The notes under the pieces are model-generated. The model was not told the DNA's origin and made no database searches. It saw nothing but the letters and a program-made list of their open reading frames with translations. A stretch of 64,000 nucleotides of DNA from contig NC_068994.1 in assembly GCF_001194135.2 (NCBI RefSeq), positions 9,309,045-9,373,044 on the forward strand, given 5' to 3'. Both the position numbers and the translations under genes were made by a program. Of the stretch, positions 23,875 to 36,509 are shown in pieces. The stretch comes from Octopus bimaculoides. Its lineage: Eukaryota. Within the stretch, counting starts at the first letter, position 1. Each line of letters begins with the position of its first letter.

Positions 23875-26357
23875 GAAATACTTTGTTGCTCTTTGTAATT
23901 CTCTTTAGCATCTGAGTCGAAATATCATCATGCTATTTTTTCCAGGGTAGATATAAGTATCTTGTTGTGAAATATGATGGTCGATATAACTCAGTGTTTG
24001 TTTGGCTGACAATCCCTGTTCTTATTTCATATAGAAATGGTACACTGGGAGAATACTGAGAGCGCTGGAAAAAGTGCATTGTACTGTTAGTTCTTGTGCC
24101 TCACATGTTCATCCTTTTGAGGTCAGCTTTATTTTCATGCTTATTAGGTTAGGGAAAATATTCGATACATATACAAGAGATTCTAAATATTTTTTTTCGG
24201 CCTATCTCTTCTCTAATTCTCTCTTCTCTCGTTCACTTCTCTCAATCTAACCTCACTTTATGACGTTTTTCTCGTCCCTGTACTCCGGTTCGACCTATAC
24301 TCGTTCATTCATTATTTGGTACCTTCACCCCTGTCTCTAACTCTATGTACACATTCTTCTCTTTCCCCTTTTCTTTTTCAACAACATTTCCTTCCTTCTC
24401 CCTGTACTTACTCCTCTTTCTTCTTTCTACGTCTCATTCCGCTTCTTTTGTCTCTGCATATATTATTAGCATTGTAATCTTCCATGTCGCTCCTTTTTTT
24501 TTTCTTCACTTGCTTGCTCTTTCTGTTTCTCACTGTCAGTGTATCTCAAAGTGTATAGAGCTGGCGACCCAAATTTACTCCCCTCCTTCCCCGTCTCTTA
24601 TTCCTTATTCATATTCTTCTCTTCCTTTCTCACTTCCTTTTTCTGTGTTTCACCCTCTCTCAGCCGCTTTCTCCTTTTAACACTCTCTCAATAACTCTTT
24701 TTCTTCTGGGTTGTCTGTTTCAACGTCTGTGTCTATAAAACAATCAAAAAGAATTTTCTCTTTCACACACATACCATATATATATATATATATATATATA
24801 TGTATCCAGACACTCACATATCGTTCAATATGTGGTTTCATTTATCATTCGTTTTAATAACGGCGAATTTTTTCGCCGATGATAATTGTAAAAGATATTT
24901 GCCTTGGCTGAACAATCAAGTCGAAAAACAATATTATCTCCCATCGCTACATCTATAAAAATCATATCGTTTTCTAAATCCATTCTAAGTAAACATGGAC
25001 AATTTCCATTCTACGTAATATAACTTAGTTATATTGCATTTTAACTACCATTATATTATCGTATTTGAAATGTATTTTCTTTTATTATTTTGTTTGTAAT
25101 TATATTTTGCTTGTAGATTATTTACATTTGTTTCCCGATAACGAGAAATGTGTATTCTGAATGCACACAGACTTACTTATATATATATAATATATATGTA
25201 ATGCGCGCGCCTGTGTGTATGTTTTTATATATAGATATAAATATAGATGTACATGTGTGTTCCTGCACACGTGTATTTGTGCGTCTGAGTCATTGTGCAT
25301 GATTGCTTCACTATGTATTTCTCTGCGTATGTGTGTGTGTAGATGAGTACAGATTTTATCATAATAATAATAGTACTAATAATAACAATAACAATAGTAA
25401 TAGTAATTAATATGATCACCATTTACTTCTATATAAACATATATATACACACACGCACATATATATATATATATATATATATANNNNNNNNNNNNNNNNN
25501 NNNNNNNNNNNNNNNNNNNNNNNNNNNNNNNNNNNNNNNNNNNNNNNNNNNNNNNNNNNNNNNNNNNNNNNNNNNNNNNNNNNNNNNNNNNNNNNNNNNN
25601 NNNNNNNNNNNNNNNNNNNNNNNNNNNNNNNNNNNNNNNNNNNNNNNNNNNNNNNNNNNNNNNNNNNNNNNNNNNNNNNNNNNNNNNNNNNNNNNNNNNN
25701 NNNNNNNNNNNNNNNNNNNNNNNNNNNNNNNNNNNNNNNNNNNNNNNNNNNNNNNNNNNNNNNNNNNNNNNNNNNNNNNNNNNNNNNNNNNNNNNNNNNN
25801 NNNNNNNNNNNNNNNNNNNNNNNNNNNNNNNNNNNNNNNNNNNNNNNNNNNNNNNNNNNNNNNNNNNNNNNNNNNNNNNNNNNNNNNNNNNNNNNNNNNN
25901 NNNNNNNNNNNNNNNNNNNNNNNNNNNNNNNNNNNNNNNNNNNNNNNNNNNNNNNNNNNNNNNNNNNNNNNNNNNNNNNNNNNNNNNNNNNNNNNNNNNN
26001 NNNNNNNNNNNNNNNNNNNNNNNNNNNNNNNNNNNNNNNNNNNNNNNNNNNNNNNNNNNNNNNNNNNNNNNNNNNNNNNNNNNNNNNNNNNNNNNNNNNN
26101 NNNNNNNNNNNNNNNNNNNNNNNNNNNNNNNNNNNNNNNNNNNNNNNNNNNNNNNNNNNNNNNNNNNNNNNNNNNNNNNNNNNNNNNNNNNNNNNNNNNN
26201 NNNNNNNNNNNNNNNNNNNNNNNNNNNNNNNNNNNNNNNNNNNNNNNNNNNNNNNNNNNNNNNNNNNNNNNNNNNNNNNNNNNNNNNNNNNNNNNNNNNN
26301 NNNNNNNNNNNNNNNNNNNNNNNNNNNNNNNNNNNNNNNNNNNNNNNNNNNNNNNNN

Positions 26358-26396
<39 letters not shown>

Positions 26397-29020
26397 AATA
26401 CACACATGCATACACATGTTTATATACTTGTGTATACATTACAGTCGTAAAGTCTGACTTAGATATAGAACTCTATACTAACTTAGAACATGAAAGAATA
26501 TAACATATTTATTACAGATGTACATGGCGACGGCTTAATTTTCTCGCAATCACGGAAGGTGAAACTTAAGTGATAAATCAACCTATTCAGCTAGAGTATG
26601 CCTACAGATTTTGCTTGTGATTGTGCGTGTGCAGGCATAAACGAACTTTGGTTTATTTAAAATATGCTTGCTACTTATTTGAAATTCTAATGGCAAATTC
26701 ACTGCAATTACAGTGGTGAAAAATTCTCTCTTATGCTAAAAGGTGTAAAATCAGTATATCTTCCCAGTGCTGCGCCCTGTCAGATTTCCAATTACTGCAT
26801 TTCTAGCTCTAATATATGGTGTTTTTACACCCTTATACCATAAGAGTGAATTTGTTTCTTCACTGGTAATTGCAAAGAATTTGCTTTTAGAAATATTTCA
26901 AAAAAATATTTTAACGAAATTAAAGTTCGCCCGATTTATTGGTTAGGCGTGAAAATGCTATTGACCCACTGAATGTAAACTGATGAGATCAGTTGATCTT
27001 ATAGGAATTTTGATACAGAATGCATATACGGACATAAAAATCTTCATATTTAGTCCGAAGACTTGTATAATTTTAATCACATCGCTATTTACTTATAGAA
27101 TCAGATAATAATCGTAGTAAAGTACCTTTCGCAATTATTTTGCAGAGATCTTAGGAGTTAGTTTTGGATTTAAGTGCTTCCGCACTTTAATTAATACATT
27201 ACATTTTGGCCTACTGATGGCTGAACGTTAAACATCTTTGAGTCGGATTTGAAATCGAAATGTTTCAATCAAATATGAAAAGAAACCATTCTGTCCGATA
27301 TTCTAACATTGCTTAACTGCTGAAATAATGAGTATATATATATATATATATATATATATNNNNNNNNNNNNNNNNNNNNNNNNNNNNNNNNNNNNNNNNN
27401 NNNNNNNNNNNNNNNNNNNNNNNNNNNNNNNNNNNNNNNNNNNNNNNNNNNNNNNNNNNNNNNNNNNNNNNNNNNNNNNNNNNNNNNNNNNNNNNNNNNN
27501 NNNNNNNNNNNNNNNNNNNNNNNNNNNNNNNNNNNNNNNNNNNNNNNNNNNNNNNNNNNNNNNNNNNNNNNNNNNNNNNNNNNNNNNNNNNNNNNNNNNN
27601 NNNNNNNNNNNNNNNNNNNNNNNNNNNNNNNNNNNNNNNNNNNNNNNNNNNNNNNNNNNNNNNNNNNNNNNNNNATATATATATATATATAAAATCAATC
27701 AATGGATGTGAAAGATATAATATTGCTTCTCACGGAGAATATGATAAAAAATATTAAACCATTTACGTCGATATAATTCAGGATCACCAGACCTTCAACA
27801 CTCAGTGTTTCCTCTCACTGAATGCCACCGTAAACGCATTCTAGTTTAATTACAAGAACAGCCTACTAAAATTATGTTCCACTTTAACGCCTATGTGTAT
27901 TGGAATAAAAAAAAATTACTTTGCACGCTTGGCTGCAGTGTGAACATCGATTTCCAAAATCGTTCTATAAATGACACAAAAATTTATATAAAAAGTCTTT
28001 GAGAATTGTAAAAAAAAAAAGCGACAAACAATATGTCAAAGAAATTTAATTTAGTATCTTTGTAATAAATTGGAAATTGAATCGAATTATATAGATAAAA
28101 AATTGGCAAAACGTGAACAATAATGAACTGACATTAACTGAATAAAAAAAAAAAAGAAACGCGAAACCTGAATAGCGTTGTTGTGTCTCAGAATCAACTA
28201 CCTCAATATCCGTGAATGTCGGAATCTCTTTTACTTGACATCGTTTAAAGAAAGAAGAAAATGTATTGAAATTGGAATAAAGAAGCTAATAACTACGGTA
28301 GTGTGAAATAATCTATTCAAGTCAATTGAACGAAATGTTTTTTAAAAATTTGTCTAACTCAATGGTTTATTGCTAAAAAGTCAACTTCGTATAACACTAA
28401 TTCAAATGCCACGGATGGCAAAATCGTTACGCTAGCAGAGAAAGTCTAAAGTTATTTAGTGATATTGCTTAATAATGTAGGTTCAAATCCCACCAAGCAA
28501 ATCTATATCGATTATCTTCTTGTTTATCTTTCTGGATATACTGTAATGTTTTCTGGATATAAAGCAATGGTTTCTGGATAGAATGCAACGCCATTTAATT
28601 ACCTATGCGATATAAGTTACCTAAGCAACTAAGAAGAACATTACATGAATGTAAAAAAAATAAACACAAATTTAATATGTACGTTCAAATGCTTATGGAT
28701 AAAAGAAAACGTAATATGCAGAACAACATTCATTTGGATATTTATTACCTATCTGTTTGGCTTTGTTTTTAGCTTTGTTAAATTCAATATTTGGTTTTCA
28801 TATTTCAATGGCTGACAAACACAGTGCGACACATTTGGAAAACATTAATAAAGCAAACATATGCAGCGCTCGCAAAATTTTCTCATATCACAGAAAAGAG
28901 CGAAAGGCTGAAATTTAACAGAGTATCACTGAGATCAAATTATATTCTCCTATGAATAGAATGGAAGAAGCAGCGCTCATGATTATCATTAATAATATGC
29001 TTCAGTATAAGGAACAGTAA

Positions 29021-29023
<3 letters not shown>

Positions 29024-29103
<80 letters not shown>
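29024..29103. repeat. Perfect (AT)n microsatellite
   Basis: Uninterrupted AT run. Most N-gaps in the window are flanked by the same motif. Confidence 0.95.
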
Positions 29104-29106
<3 letters not shown>

Positions 29107-29159
29107 CAATAATGTATGTGCAAATATATGTGTATGTGCGCGCGCGTGTATATATATAT

Positions 29160-29430
29160 TTTATTTTATTTTTTTATTTGTTTCAGTAATTTGACTGCGG
29201 CCATGCTGGAGCAGCGCTTTTAGTCGATCAAATCAACCCCAGAACTTATTCTCTGTAAGCCTAGTACTTATTCTATCGGACTCTTTTACCGTACAGGTAA
29301 ATTGCGGAGACGTAAACACATCAGCATCGGTGGGTGCACAAACACAGACAAACAAACATACAAACACATATACATCTATATACGACGGGCTTCTTTCAGT
29401 TTCTGTCTACCAAATCCACTCACAAGGCTT
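29160..29430 (-). mobile_element. Family B SINE, 5'-truncated
   Basis: TTGACTGCGGCCATGCTGGAGC..TTTAGTCG...ACGACGGGCTTCTTTCAGTTT..CCAAATCCACTCACAAGGCTT, colinear with the 58320 copy. Confidence 0.85.
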
Positions 29431-29436
29431 ACGACT

Positions 29437-29620
29437 TAATTCAACATATTTCCCTCTAAAATTCACACAATTATTGTCGCGGTCCTTCAGTTTCTCGTAG
29501 CCCTGTAAAAAAACTCAGAACTTTCATCCTTCAACCACGCCTTTCGCGTTAGCCTTAATGCCAGGAACTATTCACACCTGTCTCCCGTCGCACTTCAACA
29601 ATGATAGAGACTTGGGCATA
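29437..29620 (-). mobile_element. Degenerate mariner transposase 3' fragment (second family)
   Basis: Minus-strand translation with one frameshift gives AWLKDESSEFF/QGYEKLKDRDNNCVNFRGKYVE, matching the mariner C-terminal pattern WL..Q..EFY..GI.KL..R..KC....G.YVE. It abuts a SINE at about 29430. Confidence 0.55.
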
Positions 29621-29879
29621 ATTTTTGGCATGTAAACAACCTACCTTATATTCCCTCTTTGGTGTGTGTATAATGATATGTAGGCTTGTCTATCATTTCA
29701 AGTTACCCATCACTACTCAGAATTAAGCATGCTAAGGAAATATAAAATGGATAAAAAAAACTGTAATAAAATACGTGCAATGTCAGTGAACGTGAGTGCG
29801 AGGCAATCACATCCTAACATATATACACACATACACACACCATTCCACACAAACTTGGACGGCTGGAAAGGTTACAAGA

Positions 29880-29963
29880 AGAGACTTGCCTAGGGTTTCA
29901 CGCAGTAGGACTGAATCCGGAGCCATATGTTTGGAAACCATTCTTTTTTTACCACACAGCCAT
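29880..29963 (-). mobile_element. Family B SINE head fragment
   Basis: ACTTGCCTAGGG..CACGCAGTAGGACTGAATCCGGAGCCAT...TTACCACACAGCC. Confidence 0.65.
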
Positions 29964-32900
29964 AACTTTGTACACTTCTCAACTTTATCTAAATGAAAAA
30001 CATTTGTATTTCATAAATACACGCACACACAGACACACATGCACACACTCACACAGACACAAACATGCAAACACACTCATATGTATATGCATACATACAT
30101 ATATATATATATATANNNNNNNNNNNNNNNNNNNNNNNNNNNNNNNNNNNNNNNNNNNNNNNNNNNNNNNNNNNNNNNNNNNNNNNNNNNNNNNNNNNNN
30201 NNNNNNNNNNNNNNNNNNNNNNNNNNNNNNNNNNNNNNNNNNNNNNNNNNNNNNNNNNNNNNNNNNNNNNNNNNNNNNNNNNNNNNNNNNNNNNNNNNNN
30301 NNNNNNNNNNNNNNNNNNNNNNNNNNNNNNNNNNNNNNNNNNNNNNNNNNNNNNNNNNNNNNNNNNNNNNNNNNNNNNNNNNNNNNNNNNNNNNNNNNNN
30401 NNNNNNNNNNNNNNNNNNNNNNNNNNNNNNNNNNNNNNNNNNNNNNNNNNNNNNNNNNNNNNNNNNNNATATATATATATATATATATATACGTGTGTGT
30501 ATGTATACAGACAACGCATACTGGCCTGGAGTTCAACCGTTCGCCTGGGCTAGCAAACACAACAAAGGTTTTCATTGACAGCAACAAGCCTAAATCTTAT
30601 TTGACTATTCAATCGTTCAATGAAGTATATTCTATTCAGGGAGCAATTCTAATGTAATAAGTATACAAAGGATCAGAGCTGATAAAGTAAGGCGTCTTAT
30701 GAAAATCGACCACCCGAGAGTTATATTCTGAATATTGAATAGGAATGCGTGATTACCCAAATATACCATATAAAGTGTGCAAATATAGGTAACCAAAGAT
30801 TGTCCAAACAGGTAGAAGACAAATACTTCTAGGTGTGTTCATAATATGAAAATAACGAACAGAACACTCATAAGATTAGCTGCGCGAAGTGTTAAGGCGA
30901 GAAATTTAGCTAATATTTGACATAGGAATTACATTGAGATGATGCCTCATTATTTCTGCGTTATGCATAATGAAACAGAGATGTCTATTTATTGTCATTA
31001 AACGTAGAAATAGAAGTCTGACGCATGGTTTAGAAAGTTACTGTATTGTAGTGGTATAGTTGTTTGCGTAAGGAAATATTGTGTGATACAGAAATTATCG
31101 GAGACGAAATCATATTCAGTGAAAATAAAAATATAGAAACGAAAAATATCGTAATGAAAGTATATTTATTATTCAGAAAAGTTAAACAAATGACACGTTA
31201 ATCACATGAATGATATATTGTATGGCAAAGATTGCAAAGTTCTGCCGTCATTTCATTTGACTAAGAACAGTTAATGTTCTGGATGTTATTCCCTCAGGTC
31301 AATAATGCATCATGAATCATGTTTATGCAAAAACCTCACCAAATAAGAAACAGCTTTATTTGACTGAATTCGATTAACTTCGCGATGAGGCTATATCTGG
31401 GAATATATGTTTCAATAACTATTAATGATTTGCTACGAGACTAGAGACAAAAAAAAAAGAATGCTTATAGATACGGATAGCCTAATATTCTGTATATCGG
31501 AGTTTCTGTATATCTTGAAGGAATAGTGAATAATCTAAAGTTAAATAACTTAGAATTAGTAACAAAGAAAAGAATGAACAATTCCAGATTTTGGTACTTA
31601 TACTATGGATGCTATTTAGGTTCTCAGATGAATTATTTCCCACTTTAGATTTTGGAGATGATCTCGAAGGATTAAGAAATAAGTTACTTTTGTGAAAATC
31701 ATTTTGGAAATAATATTAAAATATCTCAGCTGAATTTAGAAGTTTATTTATGTGTGGTTATTAAGATACTACGAACTATTTGTGCAATCACTACTAAATT
31801 GGTATTGTACACCTTCGCTTATACAAAAAAAAAACTATATTTATCGGTATATATACATCAGTTGTCGGAGTCTTATCAAGTGTCGGGAACATTATAATGA
31901 AAAACAGATTATTGATGTTCAGTTGTACGGCCAATAGTTGATGGAGATTGGAGACTCTTCGCACTTGGAAAATATTCTTCATCCTTGCTTTGTTGCTTTT
32001 TCTTTTTTATTCTAATTGTGTCCAGGAAATGAATGAAACTGTTTTGTGCTTCTCAATAATCTAATTTTGAATAATACGTATTCAAAAATAGTGAACACTT
32101 CCGTTCTCTTAAAGCAAATTATCAAGGTACTCATAATTCATGATTTGCTTTTTTGCTTTCTTCCGTTGCTGTTTGGAATTCCAAAGCATTCTAATATATA
32201 GTAATAAACTGAAATTTACACAACCTGTGTAATTTAATATCAAATTATCTATGCGGGTATATAACGTAAAAGAAACATGTTTGCAAACGCTCACCTCCTT
32301 CATTGCGTCCAGTTTCTAATTAAAAGAAGCCAGAAGTGTCGGGTTAATGCAACAGCATAGATAATATTATCTGTTTCCACGAAAGGAACTTTGCGAAAGG
32401 AGGTCTTGAAAGTTTCTTATAAACACGAGAAAAGCGGGTTTTACATTGGAAAGTGTCATGAGTTGTAACACAAGCAAGACACATTATAACTCATATTGAC
32501 GAATATGGATTCCGTGTTAAGAACAACATGGAATGCATATTAGATGTAGGGGTTTTATTCAAAGGGATGCTTTCTTCCAATATTTCTAGAGAGTCTTGAA
32601 GGAAATATATAAGTAACACCAAAATTTAAAATAATTCGGTATATTTTGTAAATGTGAGACCGCACCGTATTAGAGATTTACATTGATTGTTTATATTTGT
32701 TTTTAACACAGACACCTAACGCTTTACAAGCAAATCTGAACGGAAAACTTAAACAGAAGTATAAATATCGGTATAAAAGAAATTAGACTTAGCATATTAT
32801 GAACAATATAGTCCTGGATTTCTTATGCTGAACAATTACATAATTAGCTATTTAAAAAACATTTCAACAAATATAGTATTTAAGGAAGAATATGTATGAT

Positions 32901-33635
32901 ATTGTAAAAGAATATTTCTATTTCAATGAAATGGATTTGCGAAATAATAAAAATCAATAAAAATGTCCAAGAAAAATGAACGGAAGAATTATTCCAAATT
33001 TAACATTATATTAACGAAAGGAAATTACGAAACATGAGGTGAGAGAGAGAGAGTATGAAAGTGTTAGATTAGAGATAATATATAGGAATACAGAATTGAA
33101 AGATAAATAACATAAATGTAGAACAAAATATGTAACGGAGCCTCGGGGTGAAAAATAGAAAGAAACTTGTCAAATAATACATTTGAACTAAATGTGGTTC
33201 GTGTAAAAGGAAGGAAGAATATGATGACGGAAGAATGGATTCATTGTAGCTTTACTCTTTGAATTGGATAGCGTTTTCTTTTGTTTGGCATTATATTGAT
33301 AGGGAAGAAATTACCTGAAAGATATATTACATATTCAAAGATTCCATCAACACAGTTTAGTGTCTACAGTGGATATTTCCTTGATGGCGTCATTAAACAA
33401 TACTTTAAGAACGAGATGGGAAATATGTGGAAGAATGTGTCTATGGAAACTACATGTTTCAAATTAGAAGCTTTTCTGCAACTGATAGGACCATAAGTTG
33501 TTATGTCTGTAAATGTGTTTATATTGGTGTATGAAACTACATATGTATATGTGTGTGGTCATGTGCAATCATATATGTTTAAATACATATACAAATACAC
33601 ACGCTCATACATACTTCACGCAAACATACACAGAC

Positions 33636-33668
<33 letters not shown>

Positions 33669-34899
33669 NNNNNNNNNNNNNNNNNNNNNNNNNNNNNNNN
33701 NNNNNNNNNNNNNNNNNNNNNNNNNNNNNNNNNNNNNNNNNNNNNNNNNNNNNNNNNNNNNNNNNNNNNNNNNNNNNNNNNNNNNNNNNNNNNNNNNNNN
33801 NNNNNNNNNNNNNNNNNNNNNNNNNNNNNNNNNNNNNNNNNNNNNNNNNNNNNNNNNNNNNNNNNNNNNNNNNNNNNNNNNNNNNNNNNNNNNNNNNNNN
33901 NNNNNNNNNNNNNNNNNNNNNNNNNNNNNNNNNNNNNNNNNNNNNNNNNNNNNNNNNNNNNNNNNNNNNNNNNNNNNNNNNNNNNNNNNNNNNNNNNNNN
34001 NNNNNNNNNNNNNNNNNNNNNNNNNNNNNNNNNNNNNNNNNNNNNNNNNNNNNNNNNNNNNNNNNNNNNNNNNNNNNNNNNNNNNNNNNNNNNNNNNNNN
34101 NNNNNNNNNNNNNNNNNNNNNNNNNNNNNNNNNNNNNNNNNNNNNNNNNNNNNNNNNNNNNNNNNNNNNNNNNNNNNNNNNNNNNNNNNNNNNNNNNNNN
34201 NNNNNNNNNNNNNNNNNNNNNNNNNNNNNNNNNNNNNNNNNNNNNNNNNNNNNNNNNNNNNNNNNNNNNNNNNNNNNNNNNNNNNNNNNNNNNNNNNNNN
34301 NNNNNNNNNNNNNNNNNNNNNNNNNNNNNNNNNNNNNNNNNNNNNNNNNNNNNNNNNNNNNNNNNNNNNNNNNNNNNNNNNNNNNNNNNNNNNNNNNNNN
34401 NNNNNNNNNNNNNNNNNNNNNNNNNNNNNNNNNNNNNNNNNNNNNNNNNNNNNNNNNNNNNNNNNNNNNNNNNNNNNNNNNNNNNNNNNNNNNNNNNNNN
34501 NNNNNNNNNNNNNNNNNNNNNNNNNNNNNNNNNNNNNNNNNNNNNNNNNNNNNNNNNNNNNNNNNNNNNNNNNNNNNNNNNNNNNNNNNNNNNNNNNNNN
34601 NNNNTATATATATATATATATATATATGTGTGTATACATATATATATGCATGTATATACATATATATATATATATGTATATATATATATTTATATATTTA
34701 TATATATATGCGTACGTATGTGTAAGCATTTTTGTGTGTATATAGATATACATGCGGAAAGTGTGTTTATATATATATATATATAGGTATGTATGTATTT
34801 ATGCAAGCGCGTAGTGGGAAGTGATATTTATATGAGATAAGTTCATATATTCAACTGAATATACCAGAGCCTTACACATCTTATGCCAAGCTTAATCAA

Positions 34900-35560
34900 G
34901 AAATCCTGTGTTAGTCCCACATGAAAGGAAGTGTCCTTGATTATATCATGATGTGTGAAAGATCCTTATACAAGAATATTTGATATTCTGCATTTTAATG
35001 AGAGAAGCAAAAGAACACTATCAAACTGCATACGACAACTGCAACATCGGCATATTAGCCCCCAACATCTCATATAAAGATATACAGATCATCGGCTACA
35101 GCCGAATGACTTCTATGGATATTTGAAGCATAAATATGCAACCGCATCATGACTGTTTTGCGCCATGTTTATATGTAAATATCTATGTGTGTGTCTGTGT
35201 GTACGTGTTACTGTGTGTGTGTCTGTGTGTACGTGTTATTGTGTGTGTGTGTGTGTATGTGTGTGTGTGCGTGTGTCTGTATGGATACGTGTGCATATGT
35301 AATCTACATCATAACGTGCAACGTTTACAGAGAACACTATATCGGGTACACAGACACAACACTAGGAAAACAATGACAGTACACCAGCAACAAACCAGGA
35401 AACCATACACAAGAAACTGAGGCAATATTTGGATAATTGTTTAAGTCAGATCTTATCTAACTATTCTTTCGTCACTTCCAAACAGTGTAACGGCTCAACG
35501 AGAGAACAGCGGGTGCAGAATAAAGAATTATTTCATTAAAAAATATAAACCACGTATTAT
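34900..35560 (+). mobile_element. Penelope-like element (Neptune-type) fragment: Cys linker plus GIY-YIG endonuclease
   Basis: YVIYIITCNVYREHYIGYTDTTLGK/MTVHQQQTRKPYTR (35296-35420), then YLDNCL and KNYFIKKYKPR (to about 35560). Upstream CNR...C...CLY-like residues at about 35135-35175. Interrupted by a GT-rich tract (about 35185-35290). The 5' boundary is uncertain. Confidence 0.72.
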
Positions 35561-36509
35561 ATTTCAAGTAATTCACAAGGCTGAGTATATAACTATAATA
35601 TCCAGTCTAGTAGGTGACATCTATACAAAATTTCGCTAAAGCATAACTGTGCTACAATGATTGACAGTAACTATTCTGATTTCAAACAAACAGAATTATC
35701 GATGAAAATGCCTTTGCTAATAATTGTCTTGTATGTTAGTGATACTTTGTATGTGTGCAGATAAGTCTGTTCTTGTGTGTATAAGGGGAAGCATATAGGT
35801 AAGTAATTATGTCTATAAATAAATATATTGTGTGTGAGACTATATGTGGTTGTGTGTGTGTTGTATACAAGAGAGAGTAAAAGTCATACGTGCTATATTT
35901 TTATAGTCATGTGTGAGGCCGTGTGTATGGCAGTTGACCATTGCAATACACAGCAATATTGTTATATCCTCTAGGTTACACAATATTCTAGTTGAATATT
36001 TTGTATCGCCCATACTACTTAGAAAAAATAACGTGGTGTATCATTTTCACTGAAACCTACCTTGAAGTCCACTCCATTAGAGACTTGGTGATGACTGGAA
36101 CATTTAACTGCGTGTGGTAGAATATGTTGAAGAGTTATTGCCGAAGTAATAAAGCTATCATTATATCTACGCAATAAATTCTCAATTATTGTCTTCGGAT
36201 TTTCATTCAGTGCCTAATCCAAATTAGACATGGTAAAGTAATTTACATATATTGCACATATGTGTCCAACATTTCCAAGGAATCAAGAAAGAAAGTTTAA
36301 TCTGAAATAGCATACCATGATGTGCTGATATAACATATCTCTCTACTTCAAACGAAAATCTAAGTAAAAGTGTTTATCAGTAAATTGAAAACGTTATCTG
36401 CGAATGAGATATTTTCATATCATACACTTTGCAAGAGCAACCATGCAATACCACAAAATATCACATCTGGAATAAAAACCAGAAGCTACGCGTCACAGTT
36501 GGGAGGAGA

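Noticed and set aside
24180-24720. About 540-bp pyrimidine-rich tract and hydrophobic ORF 24345-24680
   Set aside because: Decayed CT/CTT low-complexity DNA; the ORF composition follows from that bias.
24860-24877. Small palindromes (CGGCGAA/TTCGCCG here; 14-mers at about 40342 and 51399)
   Set aside because: Arms of 7 bp are expected by chance in 64 kb.
26977-27010. CTGATGAG followed by a GATC/GATC stem (hammerhead-like start)
   Set aside because: No GAAA follows stem II. The other CTGATGA hits (about 11229 minus, 63258 plus) fail likewise.
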